DNA of 64,000 nt, from positions 2,418,001-2,482,000 of the forward strand of contig JAYWIR010000019.1 of assembly GCA_036172245.1 (NCBI GenBank). The letters run 5' to 3'. Source of the DNA: Raillietiella orientalis (lineage: Eukaryota). The notes beneath the pieces are model-generated. The model had not been told where the DNA came from. It saw nothing but the letters and a program-made list of their open reading frames with translations, and did no database searches. Each line of letters starts with the position of its first letter. Within the stretch, counting starts at the first letter, position 1. Of this stretch, positions 1 through 12,450 are shown one piece after another. The translations under genes and the position numbers were made by a program.

Positions 1-19
1 CGTCTCATGAATCACAGAA

Positions 20-520
20 TAGGTCGTGGGAACCCAAACGCATCTCGTTTTGCCTCTGCATTTTCTGAGCAGATCTCTTCACATCGATCTGGCCTTGGCG
101 TCGCTGGGGAAGGCGATCGCCAGTAGAAACCTTCCTTTCCTGTTTCCCTCTGACGTCATCACCAAGTCGAGAGGAAAGAGTCCACCTCTACTTTCCTCTC
201 CCTACCCCTTCCACCTCCGCCAGTCCTGGTCCGCTTCCTGGCATTGGCCAAGAGGCCAGGGACGTCTTTCTACAGCGCTCGAGGATGTGAAAGGGGCAAC
301 AAAGCCAAGCAGGCTGTCGCGCACAAGAAGTCTTGAGTGGTCTGGCTCCTTCATTGCTCGGATAGATTCCAGGATGTTTTTCGAAGAGGAAGCTTACATT
401 CACGTCTGCACCTACTCTGCGTGGGGAATAGATGCCGAGGCTTCCTCCTCCCGCTTCTTGACAGAGGACACGAGGGGACCACTCACTTAATGCATTCCTC
501 CAGAAGAAGGGCATCCGCTC
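20..520 (-). mobile_element. Possible decayed RNase H-like domain of a non-LTR retrotransposon
   Basis: Stop-interrupted minus-strand readings give ADA..., SIPHAE, RLLVRDSLLG and KTRCVWVPT, in the order of the LINE RNase H motifs (TDxS / AE / xDSxS / xWVP). Very degenerate and the spacing is imperfect. Confidence 0.3.
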
Positions 521-1719
521 CGAGCTGAGTAGGCGGAGGGTATGGGAAGACGTGCCCCCGCAACCGAGGGGGAGCGCAACGGACCGTCATCAAGAAGCGA
601 GTGGGGGGCAAGTCAAACCAGGAAGTCCCCCTTCATGGTTTGCTGGGGAGCCACTGGAAGTAGAGGTCTCTCAGCAAGGAGGCGGTGAAAGAGAGGTTGC
701 CGTTTCTGCGAAGGACGCGCCTCTAGGAAGGCTAAAGCTCCTTCCTCGACCTTCGGGTCCTCTGTCCCTGGAGGAACCACGCAAGGAAAGCCATTTGCAA
801 CGGGAAGAGCATGCTGGAGGGGTGAGCCGGAGACATGGGTGGGGGAGTCGCGGATGCAGACGGGTCCCTAGCTTGCAGGGGGGGGGGCGCTGATCGACGC
901 CCGACCACCTGCGCGCGCTCCCGTCCTGCGTTCCCCGTTACGGCGAGGACAAGCGGAAGGCTTGAGCTAGGCGCCTGGAGCCTTTCCTTGAGGAGGATGG
1001 CCGGGGAGAGATGCTGGATCGGGGAGCAGCTGCCGCGGGCTCGCCCCTGAGCAGAGGATGTCATCACGCGCCACCGGAAAGATTCCTTCGTATCTCTGCA
1101 CTAGGAGCTTTCCTTCCCAAACATGGAGAGCCGGAGGAGAAGGATCTATACGTCTCCGCGTGGCAGGGGGCTTTCCCTCGCCTTCCCGGTTACCTCTCCT
1201 CCTTCTTGGAGATCCCTGCGCAGCCCCATCTTCGAAACATGCGCGGGCGCCCGAAGAGGCACCATGCGAGCTTTCGAGGGAAGTTGCATCTCCTTGCGGA
1301 CTCCAGGTAGAGCTCCCTTCCCTTTCTTCTTTCCCCACCGCCTTCTTCTCCCGACTTCTCCGGATTCGAGGCCTCTCTAGGAAGCCGCGCGCAAAGGAGG
1401 AAGGGGAGCGAGCGATCGAGGGGGGGGGAGAGAAGGTGCACCTGACGGACAGGGAGCGCTCTTCCTTCCCCGCTCCTCGCAGCGCTCCCCTCCACGTGTT
1501 ATTTGGGAACACGGTCACCCAAGACCGAAGTGCTGGCCTTCGGGGGGGGGGGGAAGTCGCCTCCGGTCCGCTTTGGAGAGGCTGCTCTCGGTGAAGCTGC
1601 AGAGGCCGGCAACGGCGCGCACAGAATCAGAGGCGCCAGCGGCGTCGCCTCTGGGGAGGAAGTCGACGAGGACCCTTCCCTCCCTCTTCCTTAAGAGGCA
1701 GTGGCAATGAGAGGGAAGA

Positions 1720-1835
1720 AGGGGGCGAAAAGAGGAGGAGAGGAAAGAAGAGACTGCAGGAAGGCGAAGAATGGGAGAAGGAAGATAAAGGGAGGGAGGG
1801 AAGAAGAGAGAGAGAAGAGGAGAAAAGAAGGACAA
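1720..1835. repeat. Purine-rich (GA) low-complexity tract
   Basis: Almost only A/G on the + strand. Confidence 0.85.
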
Positions 1836-2329
1836 AGTTTAGAGTCCCTTCAGCTCGGTGCGCACGCGCAGCGGAGGCGATCGAGGAAAAGAACGATTGT
1901 GCCCGAAGGGAGGCGAACGCCTGCCAATGTCCAGGGAAGCAGGAAGATCTCTTCCGCCCGCCAAGGAAGAAGGAAGAGAGAAGGAGGAAAAGAGGAACAG
2001 AAAGATGGACTTACATTTCGCTTCGGGAGGAGGGCTGGCTTCAGCAAGGAGCCTCAGAAAGGTCCCGGGAATTAAGGGACGCCTCCGAAAAGCAGCGCAC
2101 TGCAGACATCCCGGCGAGCTGTGTGGCGCACTGGAAGCAGACGCCTGGCACGGGGACGGATGCATATGCTCCCGACGGGAGCGCAGGTGTGACAGAGAGC
2201 GATGGTCTCGCGGCGGGGAGAGTCGCATCCTTGCAGCTGACTACGGGCGGGCAGAAGGGGAAGGGAAGAAAGGTAGATGAAAAGGAGAGCCTCGCAGGGA
2301 CTCTGGAAGCGGCCCTGCTTGGCGGTGGC

Positions 2330-2595
2330 AATGAGGGAGAAAAGAGGAGGAGGAAGAGGAAGAGGGGGAAAAAAAGAGGAGGAGGAGAGGGAAGAAGAGT
2401 CGGAAGAGAGGCAGAGGATGGGAGAAGGAGGAGGAGGAGGAAGAGAGGTAAGAAAAGAGGAGGAAGAAGGAAGGGAGGAGGAGAATAAAGAGGAAGAGGA
2501 AGCATAAGGAGAAAGAGAGGGAAGAGAGGATATGGAAAGGAGGAAAGGAGGAGGAGGGAAAGATGAGGAAGAGAAGGAGAGGGAAGGAGGAAGAC
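2330..2595. repeat. Purine-rich (GGA/GAA) low-complexity tract
   Basis: Degenerate GAG/GAA repeats over ~265 bp; source of the Arg/Glu/Gly-rich spurious ORFs. Confidence 0.9.
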
Positions 2596-2629
2596 TCACA
2601 CCTTCTCCCCACTCGGAAGAGCAGTACCT

Positions 2630-3740
2630 TTTCGTTCACCCACGCCAACGCAGCGAATTTGGAACGTGTCATATCTGGAGGTATTTCATCTCCGGGAAAG
2701 GCCAAGGGAGGGAAACAGAAAGCTGTTGCCAAGACACAGAATCTTCAGAGGGAACGGAATCTCCGACTGGAATCTGGAGGAGAGAGAAGATAGCTGCAGC
2801 TGGCACGGTCGGCGACCGCCTTCGTCTTGAAGGCGCCTCCCGGATGAGATCAGATGCTCTGCTTCCTGTCGGAGAGGCAGGGAACCCATCCTGGGGTCGC
2901 ATCTCGGCAAGCCGTCGTGCTGGAGTTCGTCCCAATGGAACGCAGCGCCCGCGCCTCCGCAGACGTCTTCCGAGCTTTCGGAGCGGTCTCTCGAGTGAGG
3001 GGTTGAATTGTGACCTCGATCGGGTTGCTGGAGGCATTACCCCGCTGGGATGGTGGGTTGCCCTCAGAGCATCGGGACGTCGATTACGGCCGTGGCGTGC
3101 AGGAGCACGCTGGCTGCGCTCCGCCAGCGCGAAAAAGAGGCATTCCAGGTAGGGTGCGCCTGTCTACTCAGTGGGTGTCAGCAGCGCGTGACCAGACGCC
3201 ACGTGGAGCCTGTGACAACGCGACCGTTGCATGGCTCTCAGGCACGTCCGTCGGTAGGAACGGGATCCTGGAATGCTCCCAGCTCGCTTCTCCGAACTCC
3301 CTCTCGAGGGAGTGACGACCGCGTGCTCCCTCGAGAGGAACTCCTTAAGGGTAGAGTGGGAAGTTTTTCCCCCGTGTTGAGGGTCCCTGAGAACCGCAGG
3401 AGCGCCGAGACTCACGAGGATCCGACGAAAGGGTAGGACGCCTCTTTCGCTTCAGGCGGGGTCGTGGGTGAAGCCTTCCTGCCCTGAGTTCTTGACCTCC
3501 GTGGCACCCTAAACTGCTGCTCCCCTTCCCCGAACAGAAGACCTATGACACCTCCTGCCAATTCGTTGCGGAAAAGAAACCAGGGAGAGGAGGACATTCC
3601 CTTCCCGATCCCGCGATCCTCACGGGAACAACGGGGATGACCAAGAGAAGAGTGGGAGGAAGAAACGAAGCCTCTCAGCTTCCCCAAACGGTTCCAGGGG
3701 ACTCCGGAAAATGCGCGGGAGCTCTCAAGAGGGCGTGCGC
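2630..3740 (-). mobile_element. Decayed reverse transcriptase domain of a LINE (I/Jockey-group-like)
   Basis: Minus-strand motifs appear in canonical RT order across frameshifts: ESSRAFS..GKL (YRPISL..GKL), EQQFR..RSRT (QxGFRxxRST), TLKEFLSRE (WIxxFLSxR), SIPGS (PQGS), AAD (YADD-like), EMKYLQI*HVPNSLRW (KYLGxxxDxxLxW). Some inter-motif gaps are longer than canonical. Confidence 0.5.
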
Positions 3741-4309
3741 TGCAGCTACCCGGGACTCTTTACCTTATGAGGAAGCATCGGCAGCCTCGCCCGCGGTTGC
3801 CGAACCGCGGCGAGTCAACTCATGGACGAAGCAGCACCTCCTGGTCTCCACCGGCGGCGCCAGAAGCGAGAGAGACCAGCTAGGAGGCGTTCTCGAAAGC
3901 GACACGCGTGGGAGACAGTGGTCGCGCGTGCGTCGAGATTCATCCTGTATGCTGCTGTCCCTTCCTCCGGTCCTTGTGGAGTCCACGTCCTCCCTGTGGA
4001 CGTGCAGAACTACGCCCCCCGCGACCATTCTTTCGAGGATCCGCTCCATTCTCCCCTTTCCTTCTCTGGTTACCGGCTCCACTTTCTACAGAAGCCAAGG
4101 ACAAAAGCCAAGTTCCTGGACTGGTCTAGCCGGTGGATCGACGAAAGCAAACGAGGCAGCGTTCAGCGCACGTCCTCCCCAGACGCTCAGCTGCTGTTGA
4201 AAATTCCTTCCGGATCAGAAGGAGACGGACCCAGAGGTTTCGGGAACATTCAGAGGGAAGAGACACACGCTGACAAGTCTAGTCTGGCCTGGCATACGCA
4301 GGCGACTTC

Positions 4310-4535
4310 CAAGGAGGAGGAAGGAAGAGTGAAAAAGAGGAAAGGCGGAAGAAGAGGAGGAGGAAGAAGGGAGGGAAGGGGGGGAAGGAAGGGGGAGGAG
4401 GAAGAAGGCGAGGAAGGAGGGAGGAGGAAGGGGAGGAGAGGAAGAAGAAGTGAGGAAGAGGGAGAGAGAAAGAGAAGGGGAGAAGAAGAGGAGGAGAAAG
4501 AAAGGAAGGAAGGAGAAGGAGATAAGGAGAGGAGG
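4310..4535. repeat. Purine-rich (GGA/GAA) low-complexity tract
   Basis: Near-pure A/G run on the + strand. Confidence 0.9.
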
Positions 4536-4849
4536 GATCCTTGTGCTTTTTCTCTGCAGCAGACGATCCAGAATCAGCAGGAAAGCACAGAAAAAGCCAC
4601 CTCCTTTCTTCCCGATGCTCCTCTTTGTCATCATCTCCTTCGCCTCTTCCTCCTCCTCCATACGAGGTTGTCCGATCCGGGGAATTCTGGTGACTTCTTT
4701 CCGAGGAATGCCTTACTCCCTTCCCTCCGTAGTTCCCTCCGAGAGGAAAAAAGCGCCACCGGGAAGGGGCCCTATTTCCCATCGGCATTTTCGGCAGCGT
4801 TTCCGGGGAGCGAAGCGGCGTCTTTTCGTTCCCTCAGTCCTGCCTCAAT

Positions 4850-5100
4850 GGACGAGGAGGTGAAGGCGTGGGAGCAGAGCCGGAAAACTCTCTTCTTCCA
4901 AGAGACGTGCTACACGTCCTCTACATCGTTGAGGACGCGAACCGGAACACATCCGGGCGGATGGACTACGTCCTTCCGAACGAGCTGATGGTCAGCGAAG
5001 CGCATCAGGTTGGCCTCCAGGTCGGGAACCCTGAAGACCTGATCGCGGGAGTTCCTGAGCCCCGTGGAGGAGGCTGCTGCCAGCGCAGCGCAGCACACTT
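4850..5100 (+). mobile_element. Possible AP-endonuclease remnant of an L1-like element
   Basis: FQET followed, after a frameshift, by NTSGRMDYVLPN, resembling the APE motifs QET and SRIDYxL. Confidence 0.3.
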
Positions 5101-6199
5101 CGTTCCTCTGGATGCAAAACGATGGTCATGATAAACTTCTGGTCTCGAAATGATCCTTCCTGAGACCTCAGGGGTGTTGCGTCCTGTCTGTGCTCTGTTG
5201 GCCTAAATATTTCTCTCCTCTCTTCCTCTTCCTTCACTTCATCCATGAGCGCGACGAAGGCGGGCGTTCTGACCGACGGATCGGTCATTCTCGCCTCAGG
5301 TTTCCAAAATCAGAAGAACCAACATGGAAGAACCCGCAGATGCAAGATTGAGGTTTGAAGTGCTGAGCAGTAGGCTGACATACGTCAGGACTTACGTCGA
5401 GCTTTTCGCCAGCCAGCCCACCAGAGTCGGGGGGGTCATTTTATCTCAAAAACACGTGAGCACGGTGCTATTTCTCATGGGAGTTCCACGCGTCGCAGGT
5501 CAATCGAAGACATCGTTCCCATTTCTCACGAGCTCCAAGGAAAGGGATAGAGGTGAAGGTCACGATCTGGGGTGTTGTACTCGGTGTCTTTCATTGAGAT
5601 GCCTGTTGGCTTCTTGTATCTTCCTCTGAGTGTAGTGGAGAGTCCAGGCTGGAACTCTACCGCGTCCTTCTGGTGTCAATCTTGAGTTTGCCGATCGGGA
5701 CGTCCCCTGCTCGCCGCTCCGGAGAACTCGTCCTCCTATTGAGGACGCATCGGATGAAGAAGGCGACGAATACCCTCACCGTGGGGTCGCAGGATTGGTC
5801 AGGACTTACATCCGAGTCTCCTGCTTCACGACTTTCCGATCCCAGACAAGTGGCCGGAAGGAGGAGTGGAGGTGGATCATTTTTGGTACTTCCTCTTGGC
5901 GACCATCATCGGGTTTCCGGTCCATCCCTCCGCGACAGAAAAGTAGGAGGTTGCGTGGGATCTCCAGACGACTGTCCCTATGTCTAGTGGGTTCTGAGAA
6001 GGTTGTCCGAACCGCGCCCGCGTCGAGTCCATCTCTTGCTGAGGAGTGGGGGATGGACGGGGTGCACTCTCGGAGCTCGGTCCTTCCTCTTTGCCCACTG
6101 CGAGCTCTAAGCTTGTCATCGATGTTTGTGGGTTGCCCGCCCTTGCATCTGACGTTCGCACCTCGTGGGTATCCTCATTGGTGGGGAATCAGATGTGGT

Positions 6200-6850
6200 C
6201 TCCTCCGATGCCACCCTTCCGTGGGCTGCGGGACGCTTGCAAAAAGCGGGATCGCCATGGCCATCTCGTCGCATCGGAGTTCCATGCACTGGAGCTTTCG
6301 GCGAGGTTTTGCTTCCTTGGCCGGGTCGGATCGCTTCCGTTCCGGACAGGACCGACAACGGTCTGTGTTGGGTAGGCTCGATGGGACGTGCGTTCTCTCC
6401 AGACTCTGAACGGTGAGTCTCGCTTCTGGAGCTCACCGGCGAACGGAAGCTCCAATTTCACCCGCAGCTGGGCGTTTCGCCGGACGAGAGCCACCTGGCT
6501 AGGTGTCCAGACGCTTGAACGCCTCCTCCGATATGAGGCGGAGGCCAAGTTGGATGCGAGCGATCCGCTCCGCAGGGGTCAGCAGCCAGCGTACCGCGCC
6601 GCACTCAGTCTTATCATGAAAACGCGGAAAGCGCTGCGTGCGATTTCTCCTGTCGTCCTCTGCGCAGGCGCCGTACTCCGTATCGATCCAGATTGAGTAT
6701 GGGCACCGCCAAAGCAGGGAAGACCGGGACATCCCATTCACTGGAAGGGGGGAACTTCCCGATTTGTCGGCATTCCCAGCAGCGGCCTGAGTAGGGCAGC
6801 AATGCTGGCAGATGCCTTCTAGATACCGGCCTCAGGTTCAGGAGGACTCC
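6200..6850 (-). mobile_element. Decayed ORF1 (Gag-like, zinc knuckles) of a LINE
   Basis: Minus-strand LLPYSGRCWECRQIG (RCxxCxxxGH), CFGGAH (CGGxH) and ASYRRR..VW...AQLRVKLELPFAGE (ASYRGCPxW...xxKVxxxIxFxEA) occur in the order typical of I/Jockey-group ORF1; frameshifted. Confidence 0.5.
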
Positions 6851-9800
6851 AGAGCACCGAAAGCGTCCCAGGGAAGGTCCACTCACCGAATTCACCCCTA
6901 ATGCCAGGACGAGCCACCAGGGAGACCAGCGACAACTGATGAAGGGTTTGGTAGCCTCCGTATGCAGAATGCCTCTCCGGAAGACTTCGAGACTAGCTCG
7001 TTGGCAACGAGGGTCCATTATCCGGAGAGGAAGGGTCTTCTCCCGGATGGTGGGGTCATGGAGAAGGTGTTATCCTGGTTGTGGGCCTCAGAGAGAATCA
7101 CGAATATCCTTGGGAAAGCATTTGACCAGAGCTTGTATCCTGACCGGGAAGAGAAGGGTTCCAGAGGTCAGAGGATCGTAGCAAGGGTGCCGTCATCACT
7201 CTCCAGAATCCAGTCTTCCATGTTACAAGTGAAATCTCCCACTGGGGGCCACGCTGGAGAAGAAGGCAAAGCTTTCTCTCTCTTCTTCCTCTCGGCTAGG
7301 GGGAGACGGAGGATCGTTCTTTGGCGATGGTGAGGATCAACCCCTCTTTCGCAGAGCCTTCCCTCTTTCGCGACACAACGGTCCCGCGGTGGATCGCAGA
7401 TGCCGAAGATCGACCTCTAGTTCGCGAAGTGGGCCGCGCTTGGTCTGCTGCTCAGCTGCAGCCATGGCAGCCATTGCCGCCAATGCCACGCTGGGAAAAA
7501 GGGAACCAAGAGGACGGTCTCAAAGACGCTTGTTCTCTCCTTCCCCCACCTCATTTATCGATGTTGATGCCGTGCAGAGGCAAGAGGAAGAAGATGACAC
7601 TAAAAGGCATCTCGTTCGCAGACTCCCTCTTAGATGGCACTGGGAGCTCATTGAGCGCATGATTCCGCGAGCGGCCAAGTGAAAGCTCCTCAGCGAAGAC
7701 TGAAGCCCTCCAGGAGCATTTGTGAAAACAAGACGTGCCTTCCCCTTCCGAGAGCGTTCGGGAGATGCTCTCCAGGGATCGACGTCACCACTCCCCTCTT
7801 TTCGGAGGTGCCCTGCTGCGCCCTCTGCCGTAGCGAAAACATTTTCTTTTCCTGCTAGCCGCGCGGAGGGGGAGAACAGACGCGCGCTTTTCGCGTCGCA
7901 ACCGCCGCTAAGGGGGAGGGGAAGGAGCTGGTTGTTAATCCATCTTTTGCGTGAAGACAAGGAGGCAGAGAAGAGGGAACCCGCAAGTAACCCTTCCGAT
8001 CGCGGCCTTGCGAATGCGTAGCGTGCTCCCTGCCGGCGTGTCTCAGGTGCTTCGGGCGAGAAGACGCCAACAGCTTCGGTCGAATGGAAGCTGAAAGTTT
8101 GTACCGAATGCTGCCTGCCGGAGGGATAAAGGAGGTTGGTGGCTCCGCCGACACTTCCAAAAGCAAGAGTGGACTACCGGTTCCCCGCAACCCGGTCGCT
8201 CCTCCAAGAACGTTTCTCTACGGGGAACTCCAGAGGGGTGGGGTGGGGACTCCTGCGCCGCGGCCCGCGTCCGCGGTGTCCATTCTGCTGGCTCCTCCGC
8301 TGCAGCAGCGGCATGGGAGGAATCTCCAGGGCATCCTGAGGAGACGCCGTAGCTTCCGGTCATCTTGCACGAGTTTCGGATTTCCGGACGCTCTCCTGCC
8401 CTCTTGCTTCCGGCTTGCGTTGACCCTGCCGCCTCTCTTCGGGCTCTCGGAGGAACTCTAGGGGGAGGAACCCTCCTCCCCCTCCGAGGGAAACCGAACC
8501 ACGACCTCTCCGGCACCTCGAAACATGGCAGGAGGAAAGCTGGGCAGACTTGAGTTCTGTCCTCAAATCCTCCCAGATTTCCTCCCCTCCTGGACAGGCG
8601 CAGAAGCACGGAAACCCATTGGCAGCTACGCGACGACCTGCCTTGCCGACGCGACTCCCCATACTAGGGCAAGGCTCTGAGGGCTATCTGTTCCTATCAG
8701 TGGCCCTTCTCCTCCCTCTTCTTATTCCTGAACCAGCACGCACTTCTCCACAACACGCAGCCGCCGACAGCGCGGGGTCCTTTCCATGGTACTAAGAGAC
8801 GACTGGTGGACTTGTCGGTATCCAAGCGGCAGACCAGGACACCCTGGCAACCGCCGAAGCAGCGAGCCCCTCTGATCTTCACCCGCTATCACCAACTACA
8901 TATTTATCTACATATTTTCGGCTTCTTCAGTGCCCCTCTCCTCCTGGTTTTACCCGTCCGTCTGAGACCAGCGGCGCGTCCCGGCAGCACCGCTTCCAGT
9001 GGGACTCTCCTGTTCGCCCTCCTCCTTCTGCGCTTCCTCTTGAGGATGCTGCGAAATTCTCATCCCCGACCGCCGAGCCTACCGGTGGGAAGAGGAGCCC
9101 TTCGGCAGAAGAGGAAAGGCGGCAGGGACGGGCCGGCCTCACGGTGGCGATCCCACGAGTCTCCTTCTCCCCAGAGGTTCGGAAGGAGGAAGGATGCGGT
9201 GCTGTTGCCGCTGCTGCGGTCAGGGGGATCCGACCCGGCCCGACCGAGGGCGGTGTCCCGACGCTGTTTTGCCCTTCGACCCCCCAGTTCTGGTCGCAGC
9301 CGTCCGGGGCTGTCTGCGGCGCTAACCACGACGTCCTTCCTCGGCTGCAGGAGGCCAGTCCGGAGGCGGCCAGAGAGCCCGGAGAGGTGGACGTCCTTCG
9401 GACCGAAAGGCAGCGAAAGCTGTCCCTTGGAGCACACACCCCCCTGCCACGCCCTCCCTGCCCCCTGCTGTTGCAGTCCGGAGCAACACCTGCAAGATGG
9501 AGGGGCGCCAGTGGCGAGCAAGCGAGGGGGCGCGAGTAGGGAGTGGGGGGGGAAGAGGCGAACGGGGACGCAGAGGCGCGCGTCATGCAGCCCGCGATCC
9601 CGAAGTGGCCTCAGGGAATGCAAAGTCGCTCTCCCCGCCCCGCGGGCCAGGAGAGAGGGTGTTTGTTCGGGAGCTGCTCCGTGAGTCGGCCGAGACGCGC
9701 TTCCCCTCGGGCAGCGGGTTTGGTCACCCCTGTGACCCGACGAGTCGCCTCCACCTCCCTCTCTTCAGGAGAACTCACTTCTCCGTCGTCCCGCCGAGGT

Positions 9801-11750
9801 GAAGGGAAAGGTCGCGCGGCGACCTGGATGGCCTCGATTTGGGCCCCGGAGAGCGGGTCGGCGTCGCCCAGGGGTGTCTACCCGAGGGGGAGTTTCCCCT
9901 CGGGCGGGGCTGCTGGCGGGGCCCCTCCTTACGGCTGCACGGAGGACGCAGGCAGGCGCCACCCGGAGGATCGAGACTTTGCTCCGGAGATTCCGATGCT
10001 GCGCCGAGGACTCGGGCGCCATATTGGAAACTGAGGCACTACTCCGGGGGCGAGGACGTCAGGAAGAGAGCACTGTCGCGTGTGCCATGGTACGTGCATC
10101 GAGGAACCTCTTTGTGCCTTCGTGCCTTCCCTCCGTCTTTCCCACTCGCGCCAGCAGCAGTGGTGGCGCAGGACTCTGGCGCCACTCCGAGGACTAAAGA
10201 GCCATTTCGAAACGGGATGATTTGGGACATACAGAAGTCAGCTCCTGAAGAGGAGTCGTGCGGCGACATTCCGAGAGCAGGACGGGAAAATTAGGAGGGC
10301 GCGAGGAGCAAGGGTCGGCACTGGCGCGGAGGGCAGCGGCAAGGACGGGTGCGAGCGCCGCCGGTCGGGGCGGATGTGCTGCCTTCCCCGCGGAACCGCT
10401 GCCCGAAGGGACGGCGCGAGACTCCGCCGGCCGATTGGGCGAGGCGCGGCCTCCGTCAATATTTGCTGGAGACCCGACCCGGAGCGCGGCGGCGGCGCCG
10501 TCGGATGGGCGAGGCCGGAGTTCCTCTCGGAACCTCTCCTTCCCGACTTCTTTCGTTACCGGCGGAAACGTCTCTTCCGCTGTTTTCCCGGACTTTTCCG
10601 CTCTCCGGTGGTCGCCGAAGTATCCTGGGAAGCAGGGCAGCGTTGGCAGCGTCGGTCCGGTCGGCGCGGAGGGGTGGACGGGAGAGCTCGCCCTCGCTCG
10701 CGTGAGCGGGCGGACGTCCTTGGAACCCTCCTCCCTCCCCCTTTCTCCCCTCCGAGATGGCGGTACACGGCTGCCTTTCGAGAGCTCTGGCGACCATAGC
10801 ACTCTCTCTCGGGCGATTCCAAAAGCTGGCCACTGCTTGCTCGGCGCGGCGCGTCCCGAGCAGGGAAAGAGGCGCCGGCGATGGGTTTTTCGACGTTGCT
10901 TGTTTTGCCCACTTACCTGGAGAAGGTGGCTGACGCAAGAAGGGCCCGTGTAATCGATGTTGATGTTTTCCCCCTTCGCCTGGCGCCTGGCGTCGCACCA
11001 TGGCCTCCTCCTTCCCTTTCAGCTTCCTTTGTTTTCCCTCGTCCAGAGAAGCTCGGCGTGTTGCTGATGCAAAACACCACATCCTGGAGACAATTTATGT
11101 GCGTTTCTTCCTCCCTAGACGGTGCGGGAGATTCATTGTTTCCGAAGGAAAAGATCCCTCCAGTGTCTCGTGATTAAAATAAAAGATGGTTGCCCTCGGC
11201 GGTTTCTGGTGTCGCTCCCCCGAAATTCGAAGGTGTTTGTCGGTCTCCCGAGGTCTTCTACGCCTCACCGTGCCGTTGCAGGATCAATCAGAAAGCGGAG
11301 GGTCGACCAGCCGTGGGTCCATAGGTCCAGGGAGACCCTGAAACGACCCGAGTTACGCGTCCGACGACCAGCTCTCGACTTCAGTCTGCCATGGTTTTCC
11401 ATTTGATCACTCTTTAGGGGCTGAATAAAAAAGATGCCTTGGACTCCGCACCTGGTCACGTGGGCAACCCTCCCTCGGTTCCCTCCTGCTCCTTTATTAT
11501 CTTGGTGAGCTGCTCTTCTACGTCATCCGGATCGCGAATGGGTGCTCGGAGGAATCAAGAAGCAGAGGTAATTCATTGATTCTTTCTTATTGCCGGTGTT
11601 TCCTTGGGATTGAGATCTGAGCAGCCTCCATTTCAGACAAGAACTGCACCGGACTTGCTCAGTAACCACGAAGACCAAAGAAAAAAGGAAAAAAAAACTA
11701 GAGTGATGCTGCTGCTGAGTTCATTCTCATTGGTGAGTCCGCTGAGTCTT

Positions 11751-12450
11751 TCTTTTTTGGTTCGCCAAGTGCTGAAGAACCGTTCGCCTCCTTAGAGGGG
11801 GCTCCCGGAGCTCTTAAACGCGGTCCACATCACCCCACGAAGGTGCGCGTAACTATTCGAGTCAGGGGGCAACTCCGGAGGGATCGCCCTACGAATCCGG
11901 GACGGTTCCGGAGGAAGCAGTCCGTTCCCCTCACGCTCGGGAGGGGAACGCCGGAGGGAACCACCTCTTCCTTGTTCTCTCCGGAGGGACTTTCCGGAGA
12001 AACCCTTTGGAAAGGATCAGCTCCTGACTTCCTCCTCTGAAGAGAACTCCGGAGGGCCGCTTCCCAGTTTCTCTGAAGGGCTCACCCTAAAAGGAGCAGC
12101 GCTCTCTTTAACACTCTTCTACACCTCTGAACCAGCAGCTCCATGGCACCGCTCCATTTTCACAACCGGGGGAAATCCTGAAGGAAACCGGCGCTCCTGG
12201 ATCCCTGTGGAATCCCGGAGGGTCACCTTCCAGTCCCGGACACTCAACAGGGTACATCCGGGGCTTTCCGGTTTCCAGCAGTGACGCACTCGAATAGGCC
12301 TACCGGCGTCATCCTGAGGGGGGGAGAACTCGAAACCCACGCCTCTTGCCCCCCGTTCTCGGCGTTTACCCTTCGCCGCCCGACGAGTCCGAAGCCGCGA
12401 CGCCTGGCGCCATGTGCGGAGGAGACCGCAGCCATGTGCCCGCCAACCTG
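11751..12450 (-). mobile_element. SINE-like family A, copy 1 (tRNA-related head at ~12326-12450, A-tail at ~11753)
   Basis: Alignable by eye to the copies at 51011, 55545 and 59240: shared AGTGCT(G/A)AAGAACCGT in all four and CTCCATTTTCACAA in copies 1-3. The T-run at the left end is a poly(A) tail on the minus strand, and B-box-like motifs lie at the right end. Confidence 0.7.

Noticed and set aside
3822..4988. Longest ORF in the track (388 aa)
   Set aside because: Held open by a stop-free purine tract and GC-rich decayed repeat DNA; no coherent domain and no splice context
6046..6696. Plus-strand frame of ~217 codons with one stop, initially suggestive of a viral nucleoprotein
   Set aside because: The opposite strand carries LINE ORF1 zinc-knuckle motifs, so this is likely an antisense shadow
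10911..10946. Second U1-like 10-mer ACTTACCTGG with a loose downstream CAAGAAGG
   Set aside because: Short match with wrong spacing; equally explained as a minus-strand donor CAG|GTAAGT or chance
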